Positions 49,107-58,684 of a stretch of 64,000 nucleotides of DNA are shown in pieces. The position numbers and the translations under genes were made by a program. The stretch's first letter is position 1. Each line of letters starts with the position of its first letter. Origin of the DNA: an uncultured Bdellovibrionales bacterium (GTDB lineage: Bacteria > Patescibacteriota > Minisyncoccia > Moranbacterales > DUUL01); assembly GCA_964556685.1 (NCBI GenBank), contig CAZKWX010000001.1, positions 11,417 through 75,416 on the forward strand, written 5' to 3'. The notes beneath the pieces are model-generated. The model had not been told where the DNA came from. It saw nothing but the letters and a program-made list of their open reading frames with translations, and did not search any database.

Positions 49107-49634
49107 ATGAAAAAGAAGACCCAATTAGACAACTTTGAAAATAAATGTTTCGCGGAGGCTATTAAAATGGCCAAGAAGGCTTATGAAAATGGAAATTATC
49201 CTGTAGGCGCAGTAGTTGCCGCAGAGGAAGAGATTATTAGTCAGGCAAGCAATGAGATAAAATCTTCCGGATCGATTGTTAGTCATGCCGAAAACATAGC
49301 CATTACGCAAAAAGGGAGGGAACTGTTGCAAGCGTCTGAAGCCAATAAAGAAATAAGTTTATTTTCTACGCTCGAACCTTGTCTACAGTGCTTGGGAGCA
49401 GCGACCATGAATGGCGTTAAGAAAATTTATTTTATTCAAAAAGATCCAAATGGTGGGGCTTGTGGTATCAAGTATGATAATATCGGACTATATTATAAAG
49501 AATTCTGGCCAGAAATATTTCACGCACCAATCTCAGACGAGCCTTTGAAATTAATGCTTAGATTTTTCCACGAAGAGATTGATCAGGGAAATACGAAGTG
49601 GCCCAATAGGATGTTAAAATTATTAGAGAAATAA
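49107..49634 (+). CDS. Zinc-dependent nucleoside/tRNA deaminase family protein
   Basis: PVGAV, HAE and TLEPCLQC. Confidence 0.88.
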   Translation: MKKKTQLDNFENKCFAEAIKMAKKAYENGNYPVGAVVAAEEEIISQASNEIKSSGSIVSHAENIAITQKGRELLQASEANKEISLFSTLEPCLQCLGAATMNGVKKIYFIQKDPNGGACGIKYDNIGLYYKEFWPEIFHAPISDEPLKLMLRFFHEEIDQGNTKWPNRMLKLLEK

Positions 49635-49636
49635 AA

Positions 49637-50224
49637 ATGAAAAGAAAAATAGTTTTAGCATCACAATCACCCAGAAGAAAGCAGCTCTTAGAGCAAATTG
49701 GTTTGAACGATTTTGAAGTGAGAGAAAGTGAATATGAGGAAGACATGACGATTAATAAGGCCCCAGAGGAACTAGTTAAATTGCTAGCCTTAGAAAAGAC
49801 AAGAGATGTAGCTAAGCATTATGATGATGCAATAATAATCGGGGGAGACACCGTGATTGAATTTGAAGGGAAAGTTTTAGGCAAACCAGCAGACAAAACC
49901 GCAGCGAGAAAACTATTAAAAAAATTGTCTGGCAACAAGAATCGTGCGCTATCAGGACTAGCAATTATCGATACAAAAGCAAAAAAAGAAGTAGTTGATG
50001 TTGGAGAAGCTCAAGTTGAATTTCGAAAGCTATCCGGAGAAGAAATAGACACTTACATTTCCACAGGTGAACCTTTGGAAATGGCCGGCGGCTATGGTTT
50101 AATGAATAGAGGAGCAGTTTTAATAAAAGGAATAGAAGGAGACATGTATGGGGTGATCGCTTTTCCTTTAAATAAACTATATCTACATTTAAAAAAATTA
50201 GGAGTGGACGTTTTGAAAATGTAA
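49637..50224 (+). CDS. maf: Maf-family nucleotide pyrophosphatase
   Basis: LASQSPRR, GGDTV and LGKP. Confidence 0.92.
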   Translation: MKRKIVLASQSPRRKQLLEQIGLNDFEVRESEYEEDMTINKAPEELVKLLALEKTRDVAKHYDDAIIIGGDTVIEFEGKVLGKPADKTAARKLLKKLSGNKNRALSGLAIIDTKAKKEVVDVGEAQVEFRKLSGEEIDTYISTGEPLEMAGGYGLMNRGAVLIKGIEGDMYGVIAFPLNKLYLHLKKLGVDVLKM

Positions 50225-50290
50225 TGGAGGAGAAAACTCATTGTCTATCTAATTGCTCTTTGCTCCACAGTTTCTTGATTTAGCACACAT

Positions 50291-50316
50291 ACTCTCATAT
50301 ATGCATATATGAGAGT
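50291..50316. repeat. Family D palindrome, upstream of the TrpR-like gene
   Basis: actctcatatatgcatatatgagagt. Confidence 0.95.
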
Positions 50317-50370
50317 GGATGATAGAATTGTAATGCAAGGTATTTCTTATAAAATTTCTTATAAAAAAAT

Positions 50371-50787
50371 ATGGCAAAAAGAAGAGTATACGAAGTAGAT
50401 CAAAAAGAACGATATCGGATGTTGAATGATTTTTTTGAAATGGTTGCTGGAATAAAAACAAAAAAGGAGGCCGCAAACTTTTTCAAGGACATGCTAACCC
50501 CAAGCGAATCGCTGATGATTACTCGTAGAATTGAAATTGCCAAGATGTTAATCACGGGACATACTTTTGATGAAATAAAAGACATTCTTAAAGTTGGCAC
50601 TAACACAGTCAATAGTGTCAACCGTTGGTTGTTTACAGGCTTTGGTGGATATTTAAATGAAATAAAGAAAAGTAATAATAAAAGTAGTCTGAAAAATAGT
50701 ATGCCAAAAAGTGAGTGGGATAGTATAAAGAAAAAATACCCAGCCCACTTTATGATTTTTAATCTAGTCGATAAATTTAAAAAATAA
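50371..50787 (+). CDS. TrpR-like YerC/YecD protein
   Basis: FFKDMLTPSE..MITRRIEIAKML, HTH and W...GFGGY. Confidence 0.85.
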   Translation: MAKRRVYEVDQKERYRMLNDFFEMVAGIKTKKEAANFFKDMLTPSESLMITRRIEIAKMLITGHTFDEIKDILKVGTNTVNSVNRWLFTGFGGYLNEIKKSNNKSSLKNSMPKSEWDSIKKKYPAHFMIFNLVDKFKK

Positions 50788-50796
50788 CAATAAACA

Positions 50797-50830
50797 TTTT
50801 ACTCTCATATATGCATATATGAGAGTAAAA
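50797..50830. repeat. Family D palindrome (34 bp), downstream of the TrpR-like gene
   Basis: ttttactctcatatatgcatatatgagagtaaaa. Confidence 0.95.
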
Positions 50831-50853
50831 CAGAAGGAGAGTTTTGAATTTAG

Positions 50854-52374
50854 ATGGATAAAAAAAATAGTAAGAAAAAAAAGGATAAGAAAAAAGGGGG
50901 AGAGATTCGAACGCGTTTTGCGCCATCTCCCACTGGGTTTGTTCACGTGGGAAATTTGCGCACTGTTTTGTATAGTTATTTGATGGCTAAAAAAAATAAA
51001 GGCAGTTTTTTGTTGCGAGTGGAAGACACTGATCAAGATAGACGAGTGGAAGGCGCCATGGAAAAAATGCTTGAAAGTTTGCGCTGGGTTGGCATTGAGC
51101 CTGATGAAGGCGTACTTTTGGATAAAGATGGCAAAGTTCAACAAAAAGGTGAGCATGGGCCTTACATTCAATCAGAGAGGCTCAAAATCTACCAGGAGCA
51201 CGTTCTCGGGCTTCTTTCGAAAGGAAAGGTCTATCACTGCTTTTGCACGGAGAATCGTTTGAAAGAGCTGCGAGAAGAGCAACAAAAGAACAAGCAAGCA
51301 CCCAAATATGACGGGTTTTGCCGCAATTTATCAAAGGAAGAGAAAGATGAAAAAATAAAAAATGGAAAAGATTACGTAATAAGGTTAAAAGTTCCCAAAA
51401 ACGAAACCATAGAATTCAAGGATGAAGTCTTCGGAAAAATAAAAATAGATTCAAACACGATTGATGACCAAGTGCTTTTGAAATCAGATGGTTTTCCGAC
51501 TTATCATTTAGCGGTGGTTGTCGATGACCATTTGATGGACATCACTCATATTACTCGAGGTGAAGACTGGCTGCCCAGCACACCAAAACATGTATTATTA
51601 TACCAAGCATTTGGCTGGGAAATTCCGACAATAATTCATTTACCAAATGTTTTGGGACAAAACGGAAAGAAACTTTCCAAGAGGGAAGGGGATGTTGGCG
51701 TTGAAGACTTTCGAAGAAAGGGCTATCTTCCGGAAGCACTGATTAACTTTCTGGCGCTGCTTGGCTGGAATCCAAAGACTGAGCAAGAACACTTCTCCTT
51801 GAATGAGTTGGTGAAAAAATTTGATGTTAACGGTTTGCATAAGGCCGGAGCAGTGTTTGATTATAAAAAACTAGATTGGATGAATAGCCATTACATCAAG
51901 CAAAAAGATGATGCTGCGCTGTTTGGATTATGTCGACCATATCTAAAAAAATATTTAGAGGAAAATAAATTTTCTGCTGCTGATGAATTACTTCAAAAAA
52001 TAGTTACAATCGAAAAAGAGAGAATTAAAAAACTTTCGGAGATCATTGATGACATTAATTATTATTTTACTGAGCCAAAATATGAAAAAGAAATGCTTTG
52101 GTGGAAAAAAATGACTGACGAGGAGCTTGAAAAATCTCTGAAACAATCGCTTGAAGTGCTTAAGAAGTTAAAAGAAAAAGATTACACCATTGAAAAACTC
52201 CAAGAAAAACTATTTGAGGCGGCTGGTGATAAGAAAGGCGAGCTTCTTTGGCCGCTACGAGTTGCTTTGACTGGAGAAGAGAAAAGTCCCAGTCCATTTG
52301 AAGTGGCTTGGATTTTAGGGAAAGAAAAAGCAACAAAAAGAGTGAAAAACGCGCTAAAACTTGTGCAAAAATAA
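50854..52374 (+). CDS. gltX: Glutamate--tRNA ligase
   Basis: RTRFAPSPTGFVHVGN (HIGH), RVEDTD and KLSKR. Confidence 0.98.
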   Translation: MDKKNSKKKKDKKKGGEIRTRFAPSPTGFVHVGNLRTVLYSYLMAKKNKGSFLLRVEDTDQDRRVEGAMEKMLESLRWVGIEPDEGVLLDKDGKVQQKGEHGPYIQSERLKIYQEHVLGLLSKGKVYHCFCTENRLKELREEQQKNKQAPKYDGFCRNLSKEEKDEKIKNGKDYVIRLKVPKNETIEFKDEVFGKIKIDSNTIDDQVLLKSDGFPTYHLAVVVDDHLMDITHITRGEDWLPSTPKHVLLYQAFGWEIPTIIHLPNVLGQNGKKLSKREGDVGVEDFRRKGYLPEALINFLALLGWNPKTEQEHFSLNELVKKFDVNGLHKAGAVFDYKKLDWMNSHYIKQKDDAALFGLCRPYLKKYLEENKFSAADELLQKIVTIEKERIKKLSEIIDDINYYFTEPKYEKEMLWWKKMTDEELEKSLKQSLEVLKKLKEKDYTIEKLQEKLFEAAGDKKGELLWPLRVALTGEEKSPSPFEVAWILGKEKATKRVKNALKLVQK

Positions 52375-52426
52375 AGATTTGTTATAATGTTGACTTAAAT
52401 ACCCCGGACAGATCCCGGGAGATTAG

Positions 52427-53713
52427 ATGGGAAACAAAAAGAAAAACTTAAGTATAGCCATTCTGAGTGTCTTGATTGTGACAAGTCTTTTTTTGGTGGG
52501 AGAAAAAACCAAAATTCAACCTATTCAAGCGCTTAGCGACAGAGAAGAGTTAGAAAAGTTAGAAAGAAAGTCAACGGAATATCAGCAGATAATTAATCAG
52601 AAGCAACAGCAACAGACAACATTGGAAAATCAACTAAAATTGATGGACGTTCAAGTGGACAGATTTGGCAATGAAGTTGACATTGTTAAGCAAGACATCG
52701 AACGCTATAAATCGGAAATAGAGCAAACTCAACAACAACTCGAGGCTGCCACCAAAGAATATGAAGAAGTGCGAGCTAGACTGGAAGAATCGATCAGACT
52801 CTATGACCAGATTGATCAAGAGTTCGCTCTGGAATATTTGACTAGTGATGGAGATCTTTCATTGGTGCTTAATCAATCAGAATATCTGGATCAAACTGCT
52901 CAGCGAGTGGCTCAAGTTCTGAACGAGACAGAAGCTCAAAAACAAAAACTGGAGGAAAAGAAAAATGACTATGACAACAAGCGAGCAGATCTTGAAAAGA
53001 GGGAAGCCGAGTTGGGAGAACAGATTTTCTATCTGAATAATGAAAAAATGACCAAAAATGTTCTGCTTGATCAAACGGAAGGAGAGGAAGCGAAATACAA
53101 AAAACTGCTTAGCCGAGTCGAAAAACAAAAGAAGGAATTGTTGGGAGACATTGATTCTTTGTCATCTGAGAAACGAGGAGAACTCGATAAGATTTTAGCC
53201 AAAGCACCCAAACCCAAGAGCGGCTTAGCGTCTACTAGTTGGTATTACGCTCAGGATGATAAAAAGTGGGCTTACAAAAGAATTGGCCTGTCTTCATCGT
53301 TGATGAAAGATTATGGCTGTGCGGTCACTGCGTTAGCCATGGTATTCACTCATTACGGAGAAAAAATTTCTCCTGGTAAGCTTGCGTCTCAGCCAATATT
53401 CTATCGAGACTTGATTGTTTGGCCAAGCACTTGGAAAGGAGTTGATTTGAATTCAAGCATTAACCATGGAAATATTGACTGGAGTCGCGTCAAGAAAGAA
53501 GTTAAGAAAGATCGTCCAGTGATTGTGTTTGTCCGTTCAAGAACCGGGGCAGGGCACTACGTTGTCGTTCATGGAAGAGATAAAAAAGGAAAGTATGTTG
53601 TCCATGATCCATTGTTTGGTGCCAATATCTATCTCGACACAACCGAAAAATTAGTTGGGGCCATTTTTGATACTTCTACAACCGTTGACCAAATGATCAT
53701 TTATAATGATTAG
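52427..53713 (+). CDS. Secreted coiled-coil protein with C-terminal C39-like peptidase domain
   Basis: Signal/TM, long coiled coil, Q.D..W, GCAVTALAM, GHYVV and HDP. Confidence 0.8.
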   Translation: MGNKKKNLSIAILSVLIVTSLFLVGEKTKIQPIQALSDREELEKLERKSTEYQQIINQKQQQQTTLENQLKLMDVQVDRFGNEVDIVKQDIERYKSEIEQTQQQLEAATKEYEEVRARLEESIRLYDQIDQEFALEYLTSDGDLSLVLNQSEYLDQTAQRVAQVLNETEAQKQKLEEKKNDYDNKRADLEKREAELGEQIFYLNNEKMTKNVLLDQTEGEEAKYKKLLSRVEKQKKELLGDIDSLSSEKRGELDKILAKAPKPKSGLASTSWYYAQDDKKWAYKRIGLSSSLMKDYGCAVTALAMVFTHYGEKISPGKLASQPIFYRDLIVWPSTWKGVDLNSSINHGNIDWSRVKKEVKKDRPVIVFVRSRTGAGHYVVVHGRDKKGKYVVHDPLFGANIYLDTTEKLVGAIFDTSTTVDQMIIYND

Positions 53714-54089
53714 AAAAATTTAGAAAAATTTTTCGGCTAGAAGGTACTGGGAAGTTCGGTGTGTGTTAAAAAAAATGCCAAAGAAAACTTCTCTAAAAAA
53801 TTCGTAAAAAATGTGGCCCAAGTGGGGGAGACCCCATTTTTTTATTCCCGTTTAAAAACCCTGAAAAAAATGTTAGAATTGAGCCACACCCAGACGTAGG
53901 GTAGTAGCTCTGGCGTTTAGTCATTTGAAGTCCTAAAGTTTCTCTTGAGTGAAATTCTGATCAAAGTTAATATATTATATGAGGGGCTGAATGAACCTAG
54001 GATTAAATAGGCATAATGTCGTAAAATATACATTGTGCGACGCACTGTGTTATCTAAGATAAGCTAAGTTCTCATTAAAACACTTTCCC

Positions 54090-54503
54090 ATGCACTCTTC
54101 TCCCGTTCCACAAGGTTTCTCCAAATCTTTTTATATCATCGGAGTTTTAATTTTGATTATTTTTGTATTTTTGGCCTACCACTACGTTCCCTCTCGCAGG
54201 TATGTTGAATTTATTGGCGAAGGATCATCAATGGAACCAACTCTTTTTCACGGCGACACTCTCATAGTTGACCCCCGAGCACTCCCCCAGGAAAATGATC
54301 TGATTGTCTTTAATTGCAAAACCTGTGAAAAGAATAATGAGGAAATTATGACTAAACGGCTCTACGAAATAAATTCTGAAGGATGCTATTGGCTATTGGG
54401 TGACAATCGAGAAAATTCATTTGACTCAAAAGACTATGGATGGTTATGTGAAGATGATATAGAATATCATGGGGTGGTGAAAGAAATAGTTAATGAACAG
54501 TGA
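54090..54503 (+). CDS. S26/S24 signal-peptidase-like protein
   Basis: GSSMEPTL..GD, TKRL and GDNRENSFDS. Confidence 0.85.
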   Translation: MHSSPVPQGFSKSFYIIGVLILIIFVFLAYHYVPSRRYVEFIGEGSSMEPTLFHGDTLIVDPRALPQENDLIVFNCKTCEKNNEEIMTKRLYEINSEGCYWLLGDNRENSFDSKDYGWLCEDDIEYHGVVKEIVNEQ

Positions 54504-54517
54504 GCACCGGCCTTCTA

Positions 54518-54573
54518 ACTAACTCCCCGAGCAAAGCTCATCCGCTTCGCTCCACTCTTACCAAGAGGGGGAA
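54518..54573 (+). repeat. Family B half element
   Basis: actaactccccgagcaaagctcatccgcttcgctccactcttaccaagaggggg. Confidence 0.9.
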
Positions 54574-54642
54574 AAGAACATAAAAAAATAGAAGCGCCGT
54601 GTTGCGTTGTGGCGCCTCTATGATCATAAAAATATTGACTTA

Positions 54643-55080
54643 CTATTGTTGTAGCTCGAGGTAGAACCAGCCGGTGTTGCCGATTTCATGAAAACCCAAA
54701 GAGTTATAAGCTGCTCTAGCTCCCAATCTTTCATCTTTTAGATCGCTTTTCAAAAACAACATTTCTATACCGAAAGCTTCCGCTAAGTTCTTCAGATGAA
54801 TCGTTAAAACACTTCCCAAACCTTGACGCCTATACTGTTTGTCTATGACCATGTCTTCCAAAAGCGCCCCCTTACCAAGACCGTCCATAGCGTTTGCATG
54901 TCCCGAGAGAATTCCAAAGCCTACAACCTCAGTTTTCGCAAGCATAACGTATGGAAAACAATGGCAGTCCGCAATGAGCTCCTTTGGTTCAAATTTCGCC
55001 TTTCTGCTACTGAGCTGTTTCAGCAGCATAGCAACACGATCTGCGTGACATAATTCAAAAGGTGCTATTTTATAACCCAT
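54643..55080 (-). CDS. GNAT-family acetyltransferase
   Basis: LEDMVIDKQYRRQGLG and AYNSLGF; GGAGGAGG SD before ATG 55080. Confidence 0.85.
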   Translation of the reverse strand: MGYKIAPFELCHADRVAMLLKQLSSRKAKFEPKELIADCHCFPYVMLAKTEVVGFGILSGHANAMDGLGKGALLEDMVIDKQYRRQGLGSVLTIHLKNLAEAFGIEMLFLKSDLKDERLGARAAYNSLGFHEIGNTGWFYLELQQ

Positions 55081-55198
55081 GACAAGCCTCCTCCCTCTCA
55101 CGGTATATGATTATTACACTGGACCTCCATAGTAAGGCATGTTAATTATAAGTCAAGAATGAAGCACCATCCCGCATGTTTAAAATATTAAAACTAAT

Positions 55199-55224
55199 AG
55201 ATTCCCGCCTACGCGGGAATGACA
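55199..55224 (+). repeat. Family A half element
   Basis: agattcccgcctacgcgggaatgaca. Confidence 0.85.
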
Positions 55225-55271
55225 AGCTATATATACTTAATACCTAATACAAAATACTTGATACTAACTTC

Positions 55272-56399
55272 ATGAATACCTCTTTTTCTGCCCTGGACAC
55301 GTTCCGCACTTGTCCACTCAAATACAAATATCAACAGATAGATAAGATTAAAACTCCGAAAAGTCCGGAAGCAATTTTTGGGTCGCTGATGCATGATACG
55401 ATGAAATTCATCCACACTGGTCAATTTATTATGCCTACTCAGAAAGAAGCCTTGCACCACTTCTCCACCAACTGGGAACCTGATGTTTTTGAAGATGAAG
55501 TCAAAGAGCGAGCTGCTTTTGCTCAAGGAGTGAACATCGTTCAGAAGTATTATAAGAAAAATGACCCAAACAAGTTTCAAATCGTGGATCTGGAATCACG
55601 TTTCACCATTGAGATTGAAAATAAAAATAAAAAAGAGACCCATTTGGTCTCTGGCTTCATTGATCGGATCGATAAGATCGAGGATGGATTCGAAATCATT
55701 GACTACAAGACATCTCGCAAGCTTCCGCCGCAAAAAATGATTGACAGCAACCTCCAGTTATTAATTTATTTGTTAGCTTTCTTAAAAAGATATCCCAATG
55801 AAGAAAAAAATCTTGGGAAAGTGAAGCTTTCTCTCTATTTTCTTCAACACGGAACCAAACTTTCTGCTCAAAAGAACCCAGACCAACTTCAAGCTGGCAT
55901 CAAAGAAGTTTTAGACATCATTGATCAGATTGAAAATTTAGACTATCCACCTATGGTCACTCCGTTGTGCGATTGGTGCGGTTATCAAAAAATGTGTCCC
56001 ATGTGGAAACACAAATTCAAGGATGAACGAAAATCAGATGCTGAAAAAGAGAAAATTATTGATGAATATGTTGCTCTTGCTGAGGATATAAAAACTAATC
56101 GCAAAAAATTAGGTGAGCTCCAACGAGAAATGTTGGAAATCATGGAAATTGAAGAAGTCGAACGGCTTTTTGGAAAAGATAAAATTGTATCTAAAACTCA
56201 TCGACAAACATTCACCTATGATGAGAAAAAATTAAAACAGATCCTTTTGGATCTGGGCAAATGGGACGATGTAGTCAAGGTTGACGGCGTAAAACTGAGA
56301 AAAATTATGGAAACTTTGCCAATTGACAAAAAGAAAGAGATAGAAGACACTAAAGAACTGAAATCAGAGAGCTTTAGCTTATCAGTAAAAAAACAATAA
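55272..56399 (+). CDS. RecB/AddB-like PD-(D/E)XK nuclease with 4-Cys (Fe-S) staple
   Basis: SFS...CP, GS..H, GFIDRID, IIDYKT, QL..Y and CDWC....C. Confidence 0.9.
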   Translation: MNTSFSALDTFRTCPLKYKYQQIDKIKTPKSPEAIFGSLMHDTMKFIHTGQFIMPTQKEALHHFSTNWEPDVFEDEVKERAAFAQGVNIVQKYYKKNDPNKFQIVDLESRFTIEIENKNKKETHLVSGFIDRIDKIEDGFEIIDYKTSRKLPPQKMIDSNLQLLIYLLAFLKRYPNEEKNLGKVKLSLYFLQHGTKLSAQKNPDQLQAGIKEVLDIIDQIENLDYPPMVTPLCDWCGYQKMCPMWKHKFKDERKSDAEKEKIIDEYVALAEDIKTNRKKLGELQREMLEIMEIEEVERLFGKDKIVSKTHRQTFTYDEKKLKQILLDLGKWDDVVKVDGVKLRKIMETLPIDKKKEIEDTKELKSESFSLSVKKQ

Positions 56400-56429
56400 C
56401 AATTGTTTGTTTAGAAAAGGAGGAATGGT

Positions 56430-56705
56430 ATGGAGATACAACAGCTGTTTGAAAAACTTCGTGAGATGATCAACAAGGGAGAGCCTTTTTTCGATCTACT
56501 TGCACAGGCATTTAAAGCGATGGATGATGAGAAGTGGCCGGAGAATGACGCGGGGCAAATCAAGCATCTTCGACAGAACCTGGCTACCACTATCGAAGCT
56601 CACCTAGCTGAGGCTTTGACTAGGGCTGGTTATTCTGACGAAGAAACAGTCAAAAAAACCACGATCTTTATCCAGATGCTGTTTAGCTTCCCTCCCTCAA
56701 GATAG
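56430..56705 (+). CDS. Orphan helical protein
   Basis: AGGAGG SD; downstream hairpin at 56727-56759. Confidence 0.65.
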   Translation: MEIQQLFEKLREMINKGEPFFDLLAQAFKAMDDEKWPENDAGQIKHLRQNLATTIEAHLAEALTRAGYSDEETVKKTTIFIQMLFSFPPSR

Positions 56706-56920
56706 CCTTCCTCTTACGCAATAATCAACGCCCACCACTTATCAAGCCCGGTGGGCGTTATGTATTCAAATGGGGTTTGATTATATTGTAAAGCATGCGC
56801 TGGGTGCTTTTTTTACCTTTTTTTCTAGTTATTTTATAATTTTATAAAAAACTTTGCGGAAGACCTTCTGGTCTTCCGCTTTTGGTTTAAACAGCTTGAG
56901 CGAGCAATAGGTTGACAAAC

Positions 56921-57124
56921 CTACTTTTCGGCTATAACGAGTCTGTCAACGTGTATTGGAAACCTCTCAATTATTTCTCCGTTTGTTATGTCTCTTATTT
57001 TTAAGAGAGGCCCAATGCTTAAGTCGAAACGTGACTTCCCAATTACTCTCCCGATCTGCCATTCATCTTGTTGACTACCAGGACTGCAAGGAACAACTAA
57101 ACTGAATAGGGGTATTTTTACCAT
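56921..57124 (-). CDS. Small orphan protein
   Basis: AAGGAGGT SD; terminator-like hairpin at 56856-56880. Confidence 0.6.
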   Translation of the reverse strand: MVKIPLFSLVVPCSPGSQQDEWQIGRVIGKSRFDLSIGPLLKIRDITNGEIIERFPIHVDRLVIAEK

Positions 57125-57155
57125 GGTGACCTCCTTACTCTTTTGCAGAAAATTT

Positions 57156-57308
57156 CTATTTCTTTCTCCAATCCCTTATTTCCAGCAATCCCCTGCCTTT
57201 GTCCTTGATGGACATTTTTTGTCGTTCTTTCCAGCCGTATTTATCAACAATATCTCTTGGGATTGTCAGAGAACAACTATATCGCGTGCCATTGTATTGA
57301 ATGTTTAA
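57156..57308 (-). pseudogene. 5'-truncated AbrB-like gene copy
   Basis: LNIQYNGTRYSCSLTIPRDIVDKYGWKERQKMSIKDKGRGLLEIRDWRKK*; in-frame stop just upstream and no ATG. Confidence 0.75.
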
Positions 57309-57322
57309 TTAGAACACTCAGA

Positions 57323-57526
57323 TTACAGGATTTTAATGAATAACCATTCTGGCTGACTTGTTTTTGCGAGATCCATGGTTGCCTCTTCCATTTCAGGGTG
57401 ATCTATATTTGAAGGAATAGTCTTTTCGACGATAAGTTTATCATCATCCCCCCTGCTCAAGGTAATAATCATTCCGGGTCCTTTTGCTTCTGATAATTCC
57501 TTGATCCTGTCATAGGTTAGTTGCAT
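57323..57526 (-). CDS. Small orphan protein
   Basis: AGGAGG SD before ATG 57526. Confidence 0.6.
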   Translation of the reverse strand: MQLTYDRIKELSEAKGPGMIITLSRGDDDKLIVEKTIPSNIDHPEMEEATMDLAKTSQPEWLFIKIL

Positions 57527-57679
57527 GATTTTTTCCTCCTTAATTTCTTTTATTGTGCTTTTATTAAGCAATTACTAACCCCTAAAAGCATTTTGTCAAA
57601 AAACAATTTCCATAAAGTTCACATAACTTTGTGTGTGGTTTATGCTATCAAAGAACAATGCTAAAAATGAGCCTGGTCA

Positions 57680-57720
57680 CTATTTCCTTCTCCAATCTCT
57701 CACTTCCAACAATCCCCTGC
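57680..57720 (-). pseudogene. 3'-end remnant of the AbrB-like gene
   Basis: Encodes RGLLEVRDWRRK*. Confidence 0.7.
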
Positions 57721-57768
57721 TCCCGGTTGAATACTGCTTCTATCGTCGCAATTCAACGGGACAGGCCT

Positions 57769-57933
57769 TTATCTTCTCCGCCAATCCTTTATCTCGAGAA
57801 GACCACGACCTTTGTCCTTTACGGTGAATTTCTGATGTTCTTTCCAGTCATATTTTTCAACGAATTCTTTGGGAATGACCAAGGCATAGCTGTGAGACGA
57901 CATCTTGAGCAGTTTTCTTGTAGGCGTTTTCAT
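57769..57933 (-). CDS. AbrB/MazE-like small protein (54 aa, not in ORF track)
   Basis: MKTPTRKLLKMSSHSYALVIPKEFVEKYDWKEHQKFTVKDKGRGLLEIKDWRRR; similar to 22900-23094. Confidence 0.8.
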   Translation of the reverse strand: MKTPTRKLLKMSSHSYALVIPKEFVEKYDWKEHQKFTVKDKGRGLLEIKDWRRR

Positions 57934-58010
57934 TCGAATAAAATTAAGATTTTATTCGCGCAGATCGACGCTGACTAAACGCAGACTCACGCGGAATGTT
58001 TGATCAAGCC

Positions 58011-58042
58011 GTATATACAGTCGTATATACGTGGGTATATAC
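58011..58042. repeat. Family C: 3 x GTATATAC
   Basis: gtatatacagtcgtatatacgtgggtatatac. Confidence 0.9.
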
Positions 58043-58052
58043 TTTTATACAG

Positions 58053-58667
58053 TTATCTCTCTGGATTATATTTTAATGACTCAATGTCTTTGCTGAATTT
58101 ATCAAAATCAACATACTGAACAAATTTGATTCCCAGCTTCTCTGAATTTTTTTTATTCTTCAAATTGTTATCAAAAAAAATACATTCATCCCCTTTATGT
58201 TCAATCACATCCAACCCCTTCTTAAAAAATTCAATGTCCGGTTTGATTAATCCCAAATTAAAAGAATAGACACATTTATCAAAAAATTTCTCATAGTCAA
58301 CCTTCTTTCTGTGTTCCTTGACTTCCATTCTGCTCATGTTTGAAAAAATGTAAAGCCTAAATTTTCCAAACAGCTGATTTTCAATGAATTTCAATATTTT
58401 TTCATTTGTTTCGATATGCTCATTAAAAAACTTGGCATAGAAATCTTCCTCTGATATGTCTTTTGCAGAAATGCCAATATCAGAAATAAAATTGGCATAA
58501 AATTCATGCTCGTCGATTTTATCAATGTCTCTCAAGTCCCGCCACTTTTTCCAAGCAGGTTCAATTTCCCCGTTTGGGTGAAACGTATTTTTTAGCCAAG
58601 CATTAAATGATTTATCGTCATATATCCTGATGACGCCACCAACGTCAAATAATATTATGTTTCTCAT
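58053..58667 (-). CDS. HAD-family phosphatase (YihX-like)
   Basis: FDVGGV, FSN, KPD and FFDN. Confidence 0.88.
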   Translation of the reverse strand: MRNIILFDVGGVIRIYDDKSFNAWLKNTFHPNGEIEPAWKKWRDLRDIDKIDEHEFYANFISDIGISAKDISEEDFYAKFFNEHIETNEKILKFIENQLFGKFRLYIFSNMSRMEVKEHRKKVDYEKFFDKCVYSFNLGLIKPDIEFFKKGLDVIEHKGDECIFFDNNLKNKKNSEKLGIKFVQYVDFDKFSKDIESLKYNPER

Positions 58668-58684
58668 GTCTGATTGTGATTTTC

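Noticed and set aside
57123-57978. Plus-strand ORFs 57123-57308, 57631-57978 and 57633-57827
   Set aside because: They are shadows of the minus-strand AbrB-like copies.
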